From: an uncultured Clostridia bacterium
GTDB lineage: Bacteria > Bacillota > Clostridia > Christensenellales > Aristaeellaceae
Length of the DNA stretch: 64,000 bases
Direction of reading: 5' to 3'
Assembly (NCBI GenBank): GCA_946542235.1
Contig: CAMNKK010000004.1
Location: forward strand, 3,315 to 67,314
Part shown: positions 10,077 through 20,047 of the stretch, piece by piece
Position numbering within the stretch: the first letter of the stretch is position 1
Layout of the letters: every line of letters begins with the position of its first letter
Made by a program: the position numbers and the translations under genes
Notes under the pieces: generated by a model
What the model was told of the DNA's origin: nothing
Database searches by the model: none
What the model saw: only the letters and a program-made list of their open reading frames with translations

Positions 10077-10754
10077 ATGTTTGCCGGTTTTACAGATGAA
10101 ACAATCCAGTTTTTCCTTGATCTGCGGTTTCATAACTATACGGATTATTTTCATCAGCAGCATGACCGGTATGTGGAAAATGTCCAGCAGCTGTTTTACA
10201 GCCTGATCGAGGATCTGGCGCCAGCCATGCTGTCCGTTGACCCCCGGATGGAAGTCCGGCCATACAAATGCCTTTCCCGGATCCACCGTGACACCAGATT
10301 CAGCAAGGACAAGAGCCCCTACAGGGATCACCTGTGGTTTCTTTTCCGGAGGGCGGCTGAGCCCAGGGAGAAATCCCTCTTCTATTATGGGGAATTCGGG
10401 CCGGACCGCCTGGACTGGGGGCTTGGCATCTGGGGAGAGAACAGGGAGGTCATGGATATGTTCCGGAAGCGGATGGAAGCAAATCCTGACGGAATCATGG
10501 CCATGATTGACGATATGGATCTGCCGGAAAGACACCTTGGGCTTGGAGGAAGCTGGTTCAAGCGGATGCCCGTTCCAGAACAGATTCCGGACAGGCTGAA
10601 AAGATGGTATCTGAGCAGGGACATGTATATCGGAAAGGTAGACCCTGCATATGAATGGGCCTTTTCTGATCGGCTGAAAACGGAAATGGAAAAGGACTTT
10701 CTGGCAATGGCACCGCTGTATCAGACACTGCGCGGAATCTGTGATGAGATATAA
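10077..10754 (+). CDS. DUF2461 family protein
   Basis: MFAGF..ETIQFF, RIHRDTRFSKDKSPYR signature; ATG 10077 behind GGAGG. Confidence 0.88.
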   Translation: MFAGFTDETIQFFLDLRFHNYTDYFHQQHDRYVENVQQLFYSLIEDLAPAMLSVDPRMEVRPYKCLSRIHRDTRFSKDKSPYRDHLWFLFRRAAEPREKSLFYYGEFGPDRLDWGLGIWGENREVMDMFRKRMEANPDGIMAMIDDMDLPERHLGLGGSWFKRMPVPEQIPDRLKRWYLSRDMYIGKVDPAYEWAFSDRLKTEMEKDFLAMAPLYQTLRGICDEI

Positions 10755-10774
10755 GGCTGAAAGGAGAAAAAGAA

Positions 10775-12286
10775 ATGGACTGGTTGAAGCTGAAAAGCGG
10801 ATCGGATGTAAGAGGAAAAGCCTGCGGAGAGGACGCCGTGATTACCGGTGCGGTAGCCCGGGCGCTTGGAATGGCCTTTGTACATAAGCTGGAAAAGGAA
10901 ACAGGGAAATGCCCGGAAAAAATAACTGTCGCGCTGGGACGGGACAGCCGGATTACGGGCCGGGCCCTCCTGGAAGCTGCCGCAGACGGCATTCTCCGGG
11001 CCGGAGCCGGAGTGCTGGATTTTGATATGTGCACTACGCCGGCCATGTTTATGGCTGTGATTACCCCGGGCTTTGAGCCCGATGGATCCATTATGATCAC
11101 GGCAAGCCATCATCCCTGGGACCGAAACGGGCTGAAATTTTTCACCGGAAGAGGCGGGATAGAGAGCCGGGAAGTGGAAGAGCTGCTGAAGGATGCCCAG
11201 GGACTGAACCCGGAATCTCAGCCTCCCCGCGGAAAAGCCGAGCGGAAAGCATTTCTTCCGGTATACATGAATCAGCTGGCTGACAGGATCAGATCCGGAC
11301 TGGGCGTATCGGAAGAAAGGCCGCTTTCCGGGCTGCATATTGCCGTAGACGCGGGAAACGGAGCAGGCGGCTTCTATGCGGACATGCTCCGGAGTCTCGG
11401 AGCCAATACCGACGGAAGCCAGTTTCTTGATCCGGACGGAATGTTTCCAAATCACATTCCCAACCCCGAAAACCCGGACGCGATTGCCAGCATCCGTGAT
11501 GCCGTCATCCGGAGCGGTGCCGACCTCGGTGTAATTTTCGACACGGACTGCGACCGGGCGGCCGTAGTGGATGCGGACGGCCGCGAAATCAACCGGAACA
11601 GATTGATTGCACTGATCAGCGCAATCCTGCTGGAGAAGGAAAAAGGGCTTACCATCGTAACCGATTCGGTGACTTCCTCGGGTCTGAAAAAGTTTATCGA
11701 AGATCACGGCGGAATACACTACCGGTTTAAACGGGGATACAGAAATGTAATCGATGAAGCGATCCGTCTGAACGGGGAGGGCCTGCGCTGCCCTCTGGCC
11801 ATTGAAACCAGCGGCCATGCAGCTCTTCAGGAAAACCATTTTCTGGATGACGGCATGTATTTGGTAACGGTGCTGATCGTGAAGGCGATGGAGATGAAGC
11901 GAATGGGGCAGACCCTGGGAAGCCTGATCGCGGACCTGCGGGAACCGGCAGAGAGCACGGAAATCCGCCTGAACATTACGGAACCTGATTTCCGGACAGC
12001 CGGACAGAATGCGATCAACCGGGTGATGAGCCGGACAGAGAATGATCCGGAATGGCATGCAGCTCCCGATAACCGGGAAGGAATCCGTGTTTCATTTGAT
12101 CTGAAGGGAGAAAAGGATTCCGGATGGTTCCTTCTTCGATTGAGCGTCCACGATCCGGTACTGCCTGTGAATTGCGAAAGCGATGTTGATGGCGGTGTGA
12201 ATGTCATGCTGGACAGGCTGATGGATGTACTTAAAGGAACAGAAGGGATCGATCTTACGCCATTGCAAAAGGCTTTGGAAGGATAA
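10775..12286 (+). CDS. phosphomannomutase/phosphoglucomutase
   Basis: GSDVRG, TASHHP (phospho-Ser), DTDCDR metal loop, IETSGH. Confidence 0.93.
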   Translation: MDWLKLKSGSDVRGKACGEDAVITGAVARALGMAFVHKLEKETGKCPEKITVALGRDSRITGRALLEAAADGILRAGAGVLDFDMCTTPAMFMAVITPGFEPDGSIMITASHHPWDRNGLKFFTGRGGIESREVEELLKDAQGLNPESQPPRGKAERKAFLPVYMNQLADRIRSGLGVSEERPLSGLHIAVDAGNGAGGFYADMLRSLGANTDGSQFLDPDGMFPNHIPNPENPDAIASIRDAVIRSGADLGVIFDTDCDRAAVVDADGREINRNRLIALISAILLEKEKGLTIVTDSVTSSGLKKFIEDHGGIHYRFKRGYRNVIDEAIRLNGEGLRCPLAIETSGHAALQENHFLDDGMYLVTVLIVKAMEMKRMGQTLGSLIADLREPAESTEIRLNITEPDFRTAGQNAINRVMSRTENDPEWHAAPDNREGIRVSFDLKGEKDSGWFLLRLSVHDPVLPVNCESDVDGGVNVMLDRLMDVLKGTEGIDLTPLQKALEG

Positions 12287-12292
12287 GGAAGA

Positions 12293-13138
12293 ATGGACAT
12301 TAACTGGTATCCCGGGCATATGGCCAAAACCAGGCGGCAGCTGTCGGAGATGATCAGCCGGGTAGATCTGATGATTGAGCTTTGCGATGCACGGCTGCCC
12401 TATTCCAGCCGCAATCCGGATCTGGACCGGATGTGCCGGGGAAAAAACAGGATCCTGCTGCTGAACAAGGCAGATCTGGCTGATCCCGCACTGACAAGCC
12501 GATGGCTTTCCTATTTCAGGAGCCGGGGAATAGAGGCTGCTGCGATTCAGGCGAAGCAGCTGAAAAACAAAGAGGCGCTTGCGGCGATCGAACGATCTAC
12601 GCAAAAAGCAGTTCAGCAGGCTGCGGCCAGAGGAATCCGGAAAACCGTTCGGGCTATGGTCGTCGGGGTGCCTAACGTGGGAAAGAGCACCTACATCAAT
12701 CAGCTGCATGGGGGACATATTGCCCAGACCGGTGATCGCCCGGGTGTAACCAGGAGCACCCAGTGGATTCGTGTGACACCCTATCTGGAAATCATGGACA
12801 CACCGGGGCTTTTGTGGCCGCGGCTGGACGACCAGACAGCGGCCCGGCGGCTGAGCTATCTGGGAACCATCCGGGATGAGGTCCTGAATCTGGATGACCT
12901 GGCACTGAGCCTGCTGAACGACCTGGCTGATTCCGTTCCCGACAGATTGATGGAACGGTTTCACGTTCAGGACCCTGATCTGCGGGGTCCCGAGCTGATG
13001 GATGCGGTATGCCGCGGACGCGGATTTCTGCTGCGCGGAAATGAATATGACTATGACCGATGCTGCAGCGTCGTACTGGACGAATTCCGGGAAGGCAAGC
13101 TGGGGCGAATCACGCTGGAAATACCCGGGGAGGACTGA
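12293..13138 (+). CDS. rbgA: ribosome biogenesis GTPase YlqF/RbgA
   Basis: WYPGHMAK, DARLP, NKADL, GVPNVGKST, DTPG (circularly permuted GTPase). Confidence 0.97.
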   Translation: MDINWYPGHMAKTRRQLSEMISRVDLMIELCDARLPYSSRNPDLDRMCRGKNRILLLNKADLADPALTSRWLSYFRSRGIEAAAIQAKQLKNKEALAAIERSTQKAVQQAAARGIRKTVRAMVVGVPNVGKSTYINQLHGGHIAQTGDRPGVTRSTQWIRVTPYLEIMDTPGLLWPRLDDQTAARRLSYLGTIRDEVLNLDDLALSLLNDLADSVPDRLMERFHVQDPDLRGPELMDAVCRGRGFLLRGNEYDYDRCCSVVLDEFREGKLGRITLEIPGED

Positions 13139-13142
13139 ATAG

Positions 13143-13778
13143 ATGAAAATCAGCCGGAAGGAAAGAGCGGAAGCTCTGATGGCCTGGGATCTTCAGTATG
13201 TTGGTGCAGTCGCCGGGATGGATGAAGCCGGTCGGGGGCCTCTGGCTGGGAATGTGGTCACAGCCTGCGTAGTGATGCCTGCCGAGCCGCTTATTCTCTG
13301 GGTGGATGACAGTAAAAAACTGTCTGAAAGCCGCAGGGAAAAGGTCTATGAAGAAATCATGTCCCTGGCTCTGCATGTTGGGATCGGACGCTGCACTCCA
13401 CAGGAAATTGATCGTATCAATATTCTGGAAGCAACCAAAAAAGCCATGAGGGAGGCCGCCTTTGGGATTCCGGCGGAAATCTTTCTGATTGACGCCGTAA
13501 CAGGGCTCGGGCTGCCGGGAAGGGAAGTCCCGCTGATTCGCGGTGATGCCACCTCCTACGCCATTGCCGCCGCCAGCATAGTGGCCAAAGTGACGAGGGA
13601 CAGGGAAATGCGGGAGCTGGACAGAATATATCCGGAATATGGATTTGCGAAAAACAAAGGCTACGGAACGGCTGCGCACATTGAAGCGCTGAAAAAGTAC
13701 GGTCCCTGTCCTGTCCATCGGAGAACGTTTATCGGACACTTTACGCAGCAGGACGGTACTGAGTTTTTCCAAAGGTAA
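13143..13778 (+). CDS. rnhB: ribonuclease HII
   Basis: GMDEAGRGPLAG, DSKKL, AAASIVAKV, KGYGT. Confidence 0.97.
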   Translation: MKISRKERAEALMAWDLQYVGAVAGMDEAGRGPLAGNVVTACVVMPAEPLILWVDDSKKLSESRREKVYEEIMSLALHVGIGRCTPQEIDRINILEATKKAMREAAFGIPAEIFLIDAVTGLGLPGREVPLIRGDATSYAIAAASIVAKVTRDREMRELDRIYPEYGFAKNKGYGTAAHIEALKKYGPCPVHRRTFIGHFTQQDGTEFFQR

Positions 13779-13847
13779 TGCTAAGTGTTCATCCGGCTTT
13801 CAGCCAGAAGCAAAGAAATGCCGGAACAGAAGAAGAAGGGGAGCTGA

Positions 13848-14231
13848 ATGTCACCAGAAAGCCGGAAGAAAGTCACCTATGAAACCGGCATTCAGGGAGA
13901 GGAAATCGCAGAGAATTACCTGCGGAGTCTCGGATTCCGGCTTATCGAATCCCGTCACCGGGAAAAAACCGGTGAAATAGATCTGATCATGGAAGACGGG
14001 ACGACTGTTGTCTTTGTTGAGGTAAAGGCCCGTTTTTCCATGCAGGCAAATGGGGAAGGGCTGCGGGCGGTTACCCCTGCCAAGCAGCGAAGAATTGCCC
14101 GGACCGCGATGCTGTATCTGATGAAGCAGGGATGGCTTCGCAGAGATATAAGGTTTGATGTGGTGGAAATCAATCAGCACGGAATCGTCCATGTTCCGAA
14201 TGCATTTCAGCCTGGAGGCATAAGATTTTGA
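13848..14231 (+). CDS. yraN: YraN family (UPF0102) nuclease-like protein
   Basis: GEEIA, GEIDLI, FVEVKAR, RFDV; follows rnhB. Confidence 0.93.
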   Translation: MSPESRKKVTYETGIQGEEIAENYLRSLGFRLIESRHREKTGEIDLIMEDGTTVVFVEVKARFSMQANGEGLRAVTPAKQRRIARTAMLYLMKQGWLRRDIRFDVVEINQHGIVHVPNAFQPGGIRF

Positions 14232-17200
14232 GTAGAATGAAACTGAGAAACCCTTTCTGCCGTCATGCAGGAAGAATCCGGAAGGCTTTTTTTATTCTGC
14301 TGGCTCTGGCCGCAATGGCTGCTGTTTCCGCAGCCGGGGAGGAGAATCTGTTAAAAAACAGCAGCTTTGAAGCACTGGATCAGAGCGGTCTCCCGAAAGA
14401 ATGGAAGACGGATTCCTATGTCAAGGAAGAGGGATACACTGTTTTTTCCGTGACGGAAGAGGATTTCTGCGAAGGCAGCAGAGCGGCTGTAATCCGGAAC
14501 ATCGGGGACAATGACGCCCGCTTTTATCAGAAGGTCAATGTTGAACCTGAAAGTCTCTACCGGTTCAGCGGTTATATCCGGACGGAGAATGTGGAAGGCG
14601 GCCGAGGTGCCAATCTTTCCATTGAAGGCCTTTATGCCTTCAGCGAAAGCGTCTATGATACAAGTGACGGATGGCAGTATATCGAATGGTACGGAGAGAC
14701 TGGCGAAGGACAGCACTCCGTGACGCTTTTTGCCAGGTTGGGCGGATACAGCGGCGAAAGCCGGGGAAAGGCCTGGTTTGACGATCTGAAGCTTGAGAAG
14801 GTAAATGTGGTTCCGGGAAGCGGCATTGCTTCCAGATGGTATCAGGAAAAAAACATCAGCTATTATGAGGAGGACGAAGAGCCCGAAGAGGCTGGAAGCG
14901 CATCGCCCGCCTGGCCCAGGCTCATCATGCTTACATTGCTTTATACCCTGATCGCGATCCTGCTGACCCAGTGGCTGCGGCGCGAAAGACGGGAGCTGAT
15001 GGAAGAGAAGAAAGGAATCCGTATTGTATTCTGGGCCGGCCTTGCAGCGGCGCTGCTGTTCCGGATGGCTGTGAGCAGCCAGGTTCTCGGATATATGGTG
15101 GATGTAAACTGCTTCCTCTCCTGGGGAAACACCATGGCAACCTACGGCCCTGCAGGTTTCTATCCGGAAACCAACTTCTGCGACTATCCCCCTGCTTACA
15201 CCTATATTCTGGGACTCAACTCGCTGATCTGCAGGCTGATACCCGGGATCGGCGATGAAATGCGCCGGGTTGTTTTCCGCTTCTTCCCATCCCTGTGCGA
15301 TATACTCTGCTGCCTGGTGCTGGATCGCTTTCTGCAGAGCCGGGAGTCCGGTCTTTCCGTTAAGGCCAGGGTTACCGGTCTGCTTCTGCTGGCCTTCCAC
15401 CCTGTTCTGATTCTGAACAGCGCTGCCTGGGGACAGATGGACAGTGCGCTGGCGCTGCTGATTCTTCTGGTAGCTGTTTATGCCATCGAAGGAAAATGGG
15501 AAATATGCCTGCCGGCCTATATGCTGGCCGTACTTGTGAAGCCTCAGGCACTGATGCTTGGATTTCTCGGTCTGGCTGCCATTGCTCTTGTCTGGGTCCG
15601 GGAAAAAGATGCCAGAAAAAGGATCATGAAAGGGATCGGATGGGCTGCGGCAGTACTGGCAGTCGTGGTGATTCCTTTCAGCATCCGTCAGGATCCGCTG
15701 TGGATTATTGATCAATATGCCGGAACGCTGGCTTCCTATCCCTATGCAACCGTAAATACCGCCAACTTCTATTACCTGCTGAACGGGAACTGGAGTGCCA
15801 TCGGAACAGTCTCTCCGGGATGGGGAATCATCCTGCAGTCGGATTCTCTGCGTACAGCGGGCCATCTTGGGCCTGCCTGGGCGGCGCTGGGTATGACGGC
15901 AGCAGCGGCCGTATGCGGTTGTTTGTTCTACTTCAGAACACGAAAAGAATGGCGTTTTGCGTGGATCGAACCCTCGCTGTCAGCAGCAGTCATGATCTGG
16001 TTTGTTTACTGCGGATTGACTGGAGCATCCTGGGGCACGGTCGGAACAGGCGCCATGGTTTTTGCCTTTGTGATTGTGATCAGCCTCTATCTTCGGAAAG
16101 GAGATATTCATTTTCTGCCATATCTGGGCGGGCTGCTGTTCCTTCTGCTGTATATATTCGGCGTCAAGATGCATGAGAGGTATATCTTTCCTGCTTTCCT
16201 GCTGCTGGCCATGGCGTATGGCATAAAACGGGACAGGAGAATTCTGTATGTCCTGCTGACGATTTCCTGCACTGCCTTCATTAATGAAGGAATTGTACTG
16301 GACAACAGCATTCGGCTGGGTTCCGCCAGCGGACATCTGAATCAGGATACCTATGTCCTGGCAATGATTTTGAGCGTTGTGAACTGCCTGACTGCCGGAT
16401 ATGCCGTATGGCTGGGATTCAGCCTGGCCATGCCGCAGCGGACAGAGCGTCCTGTTTCGTCCGTGTCAGGCGATATCGCGTATCAGGATAACAGCCTGCA
16501 CTGGAATAAAAAGGATACCATTTTGCTGTGCGGGATCATCGGGATTTATTCCCTTGTTTCCCTGATGACGCTGGGAAGCACGAAGGCGCCTCAGACCGCC
16601 TGGACGTCCACTGAATACACGGAAAGCGCTGTGCTGGATCTGGGAGAAGAACAGGAAAGTTTTACCATGCTCTACTTTGCCAGAGTAAGCCGCTACGACT
16701 TTACCGTCGCGACCAGCCGGGACGGAATCAACTGGGAGGATGAAACCTGGGCTCAGATGGATCAGGGTCAGTGCTGGAAATGGAAATATGTGACGGACAG
16801 CACTCAGTCGGAATCCGGTTCGCGAACCTACGGAAGTGCCCGTCACTGGTTCCAGGGCAGGTACGTGCGAATTACTTCACACCAGATCAACCTGGCTCTG
16901 TGTGAAGTCATTTTCCGGGACGGGGACGGGCATATTCTGCCTGTCGCAGGCGTGACAAGAAATGGAGGAGATCCGGAATCATCCCTGTATTCCCCGGTTG
17001 AGTATCTGACGGATGAGCAGGACAGCATGGAAGCGATGCCCATCTATTTCCCGGTGGCGGGTCAGGCGGAGGGCGAAGATAATCCCCGCACAGCGCAGCC
17101 TTCCTGGTGGAACTCCACTTACTTTGATGAAATCTATCATGCCCGCACTGCCTGGGAATTCTTACAGGGTTCCGCTCCCTATGAAACAAGCCATCCACCG

Positions 17201-18397
17201 CTGGGCAAGGTGTTGATGAGCTGGAGTGTAGCCCTCTTTGGAATGACTCCCTTCGGCTGGAGATTTGCCGGAGCATTGGCCGGCATTCTGATGCTTGCTC
17301 TGATCTATCTGATTCTGAAGCAGATGTTCAAGACGACAGGTTCAGCTGCCTTTGGTACGGGACTCCTGGCGCTGGACTGTATGCATCTGACTCAGACACA
17401 GATCGCGACCATAGACAGTTTCCCCGTGCTGTTTATCCTGATGGCCTATTTCTTCATGCTGCGTTTCCTGCAGACGGACTGGCGGACAGAAGGAATGCGG
17501 AGGATTCTTTGTGATCTTGGCCTGTGCGGACTCGGAATGGGACTGTCCATTGCCAGCAAATGGATCGGAATTTATGCCGGCGCAGGACTTGCCGTTCTTT
17601 TCTTCTGGCACGGGTACAGGGTTTTCAGGGAGGAAAGGAAGGACCCGTCCGGCACGGCACATAAATTCGAGATAATCTGCCTTTGGTGTGTGCTTTTCTT
17701 TGTCATCGTGCCGATTCTGGTCTATCTGCTCAGCTATATCCCTTATTTTGCCCACCGTCATTTTACCAGTCTGGGGGACTATCTGCAGGCAGTTGTGGCA
17801 AGCCAGGAGGGTATGTTCAATTATCATTCAACGCCCGGGCTGGGAATGGATCATCCCTTCTATTCGCCCTGGTACGAATGGCCCGTCATCGGCAAACCCA
17901 TGTTCTATTCCACCAAACAGTATATTTTCAATGACGATCTTAGCTTCAGCATCTTCTGCTTCGGGAATCCCGTCATCTGGTGGGCAGGAATTCCGGGCAT
18001 GATCATGGCTGTCTTGTGCTGGATCCGGAACCGGGAAAAAAAGCTGAGCCTGCCTGACGCCGCCGGAACGGACGGAAGCCGGAATCCAGCCAGCCTTGAT
18101 ACAGCCCTTGTGTTCATCCTGACAGGGTTCCTGGCACAGTATCTGCCCTGGACGCTGGTACCGCGCGGAACATATATATATCATTATTTTGCCAGTGTGC
18201 CGTTCCTGATTCTGGGGCTGACGGCCGGATTTGAGCAGATCCGGCTTCGGGCACCCCGGGCCGGCCTGAGGCTGATGGTTGGCTTTACTGCTGCCGCGCT
18301 GGCTTCCTTTATCCTGTTCTTCCCGTATGCAAGCGGAATTATGGCTCCTGTTTCCTGGCTGGATCTGGGAAAGAAGTTCCTGAGAATCTGGTACTGA
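14228..18397 (+). CDS. large lipid-carrier-dependent glycosyltransferase: CBM-like domain + GT-C module + discoidin-like domain + PMT/GT39 module
   Basis: signal peptide; NLLKNSSFE CBM4/9-like start; DYPP, WGQMDS, KPQ, MHERY; YFDEIYHARTA, HPPLGK, FGWR, SKW, HPFYSPWYEWP, YHYF. Confidence 0.85.
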   Translation: MSRMKLRNPFCRHAGRIRKAFFILLALAAMAAVSAAGEENLLKNSSFEALDQSGLPKEWKTDSYVKEEGYTVFSVTEEDFCEGSRAAVIRNIGDNDARFYQKVNVEPESLYRFSGYIRTENVEGGRGANLSIEGLYAFSESVYDTSDGWQYIEWYGETGEGQHSVTLFARLGGYSGESRGKAWFDDLKLEKVNVVPGSGIASRWYQEKNISYYEEDEEPEEAGSASPAWPRLIMLTLLYTLIAILLTQWLRRERRELMEEKKGIRIVFWAGLAAALLFRMAVSSQVLGYMVDVNCFLSWGNTMATYGPAGFYPETNFCDYPPAYTYILGLNSLICRLIPGIGDEMRRVVFRFFPSLCDILCCLVLDRFLQSRESGLSVKARVTGLLLLAFHPVLILNSAAWGQMDSALALLILLVAVYAIEGKWEICLPAYMLAVLVKPQALMLGFLGLAAIALVWVREKDARKRIMKGIGWAAAVLAVVVIPFSIRQDPLWIIDQYAGTLASYPYATVNTANFYYLLNGNWSAIGTVSPGWGIILQSDSLRTAGHLGPAWAALGMTAAAAVCGCLFYFRTRKEWRFAWIEPSLSAAVMIWFVYCGLTGASWGTVGTGAMVFAFVIVISLYLRKGDIHFLPYLGGLLFLLLYIFGVKMHERYIFPAFLLLAMAYGIKRDRRILYVLLTISCTAFINEGIVLDNSIRLGSASGHLNQDTYVLAMILSVVNCLTAGYAVWLGFSLAMPQRTERPVSSVSGDIAYQDNSLHWNKKDTILLCGIIGIYSLVSLMTLGSTKAPQTAWTSTEYTESAVLDLGEEQESFTMLYFARVSRYDFTVATSRDGINWEDETWAQMDQGQCWKWKYVTDSTQSESGSRTYGSARHWFQGRYVRITSHQINLALCEVIFRDGDGHILPVAGVTRNGGDPESSLYSPVEYLTDEQDSMEAMPIYFPVAGQAEGEDNPRTAQPSWWNSTYFDEIYHARTAWEFLQGSAPYETSHPPLGKVLMSWSVALFGMTPFGWRFAGALAGILMLALIYLILKQMFKTTGSAAFGTGLLALDCMHLTQTQIATIDSFPVLFILMAYFFMLRFLQTDWRTEGMRRILCDLGLCGLGMGLSIASKWIGIYAGAGLAVLFFWHGYRVFREERKDPSGTAHKFEIICLWCVLFFVIVPILVYLLSYIPYFAHRHFTSLGDYLQAVVASQEGMFNYHSTPGLGMDHPFYSPWYEWPVIGKPMFYSTKQYIFNDDLSFSIFCFGNPVIWWAGIPGMIMAVLCWIRNREKKLSLPDAAGTDGSRNPASLDTALVFILTGFLAQYLPWTLVPRGTYIYHYFASVPFLILGLTAGFEQIRLRAPRAGLRLMVGFTAAALASFILFFPYASGIMAPVSWLDLGKKFLRIWY

Positions 18398-18466
18398 CAG
18401 CCCCGGATTCAAAATGCAGAGCGTCAGGAATTCCTGACTGCGGAAATATCAGCAGGGGGATAATCA

Positions 18467-20029
18467 ATGAACGAAATGATGGCGCATATCCTGGCATTCG
18501 GTGTCAGCGGGGTCAGCGGATTCCCGGTTCAGGTGGAGGTATTTTCCACCGGTGGAATGCCCGGGATGGAGGTAATCGGTCTGCCGGACGCTTCCGTACG
18601 GGAAAGCAGAGAAAGGGTCAATGCAGCTATTCTGAACAGCGGAAAGGAAATGCCGCCCCGCCGGATTACCATCAATCTTGCTCCGGCGGATACAAAAAAG
18701 GAAGGGCCGGGATTTGACCTTCCCATCGCAGTAGGGCTTCTGGCTGCAAATCGGCAGATTCACATCATCCCTTCGATCGATCTGTCGAAGACGGTTTTTT
18801 TCGGAGAGCTGAGCCTGGATGGGAGAATTCAGCCGGTAAGAGGCGCACTGGCGATGGCGATTTCCGCCAGTGAATACGGATACACGGATATTATCCTTCC
18901 GGCCGGAAATGCGATGGAGGTGGCCTGTATCCAGGGAATGAACATATATCCGGTCTGCCATCTGAAGGAAGTGATCGGGCATCTGGAAGGTACATTGCCC
19001 ATTCGGCCCCAGAAGCAAATGGACTATGAAGAGCTGAAAAGGCATCGGACTGTGGCGGTGGATATGAGCCAGGTAAAGGGCCAGGAGGGCGCCAGGCGCG
19101 CCCTGGAGGTAGCAGCAGCCGGCGGACATAATATGCTGATGATCGGTGCGCCCGGCAGCGGAAAAACCATGCTGGCCAGATGCCTGCCCGGAATCCTGCC
19201 GCCCCTGAGCTTCCAGGAATCGCTGGAAACCACAAGGATTTTCTCCATCGCGGGAAAAATAGCTCCCGGAAGCGGTCTGATGGTGGAACGTCCCTTCTGT
19301 GCGCCCCACCACAGCGCATCCGTCGCCTCGCTGATCGGCGGCGGGATGAATGCTGCTCCCGGAGAGGTTTCCCTTTCCCATAACGGCGTCCTTTTTCTGG
19401 ACGAGCTGCCGGAATTCAGCCGCGGAGCCCTGGAAGCACTCAGGCAGCCTTTGGAGGATGGCGTAGTAACCGTCAGCCGGGTTCGGAATCAGGCCTGCTA
19501 TCAGTCCTCCTTCATGATGATTGCCGGAATGAACCCCTGTCCCTGCGGTTATTACGGAAGCAGACAGCGGGAATGCCGGTGTACCCCACAGGAAATCCGC
19601 AGGTATCTGGATCGGGTTTCCGGGCCGCTGCTGGACAGAATAGATATTCAGGTGGAAGTGGATTCCGTTCCGGTGGCAGAGATTCGCTCCTCAGCCCCTG
19701 CGGAAAGCTCAGCAGCTGTGGCGGCGCGGGTGGAGAAAGCCAGAATTCTCCAGATGGACAGATATGCAGGCAGCGGGTTTTTCTGCAACGCCCAGCTGGA
19801 CAACAACGCCATCCGGAAATACTGTTCCATGACCCAGGAAGCGGAAAACCTGCTGCATCTGGCAGTGGAAAAAATGAGCCTGAGCATGCGCGCCTATCAC
19901 CGGGTCATTAAAGTGGCACGAACCCTGGCTGATCTTTCCGGCAGCGACAGAATCGGCATGGCTGAAATCGCGGAAGCAATCCAATTCAGGGAGCTGGATC
20001 AGAAATACTGGAGAAACGGTACGCTTTAA
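18467..20029 (+). CDS. comM: YifB/ComM Mg-chelatase-like AAA+ ATPase
   Basis: GLPDASVRES, INLAPAD, GELSLDG, GAPGSGKT, FLDELPEF, NPCPCG. Confidence 0.95.
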   Translation: MNEMMAHILAFGVSGVSGFPVQVEVFSTGGMPGMEVIGLPDASVRESRERVNAAILNSGKEMPPRRITINLAPADTKKEGPGFDLPIAVGLLAANRQIHIIPSIDLSKTVFFGELSLDGRIQPVRGALAMAISASEYGYTDIILPAGNAMEVACIQGMNIYPVCHLKEVIGHLEGTLPIRPQKQMDYEELKRHRTVAVDMSQVKGQEGARRALEVAAAGGHNMLMIGAPGSGKTMLARCLPGILPPLSFQESLETTRIFSIAGKIAPGSGLMVERPFCAPHHSASVASLIGGGMNAAPGEVSLSHNGVLFLDELPEFSRGALEALRQPLEDGVVTVSRVRNQACYQSSFMMIAGMNPCPCGYYGSRQRECRCTPQEIRRYLDRVSGPLLDRIDIQVEVDSVPVAEIRSSAPAESSAAVAARVEKARILQMDRYAGSGFFCNAQLDNNAIRKYCSMTQEAENLLHLAVEKMSLSMRAYHRVIKVARTLADLSGSDRIGMAEIAEAIQFRELDQKYWRNGTL

Positions 20030-20047
20030 AGAACGGAGGACATTATT

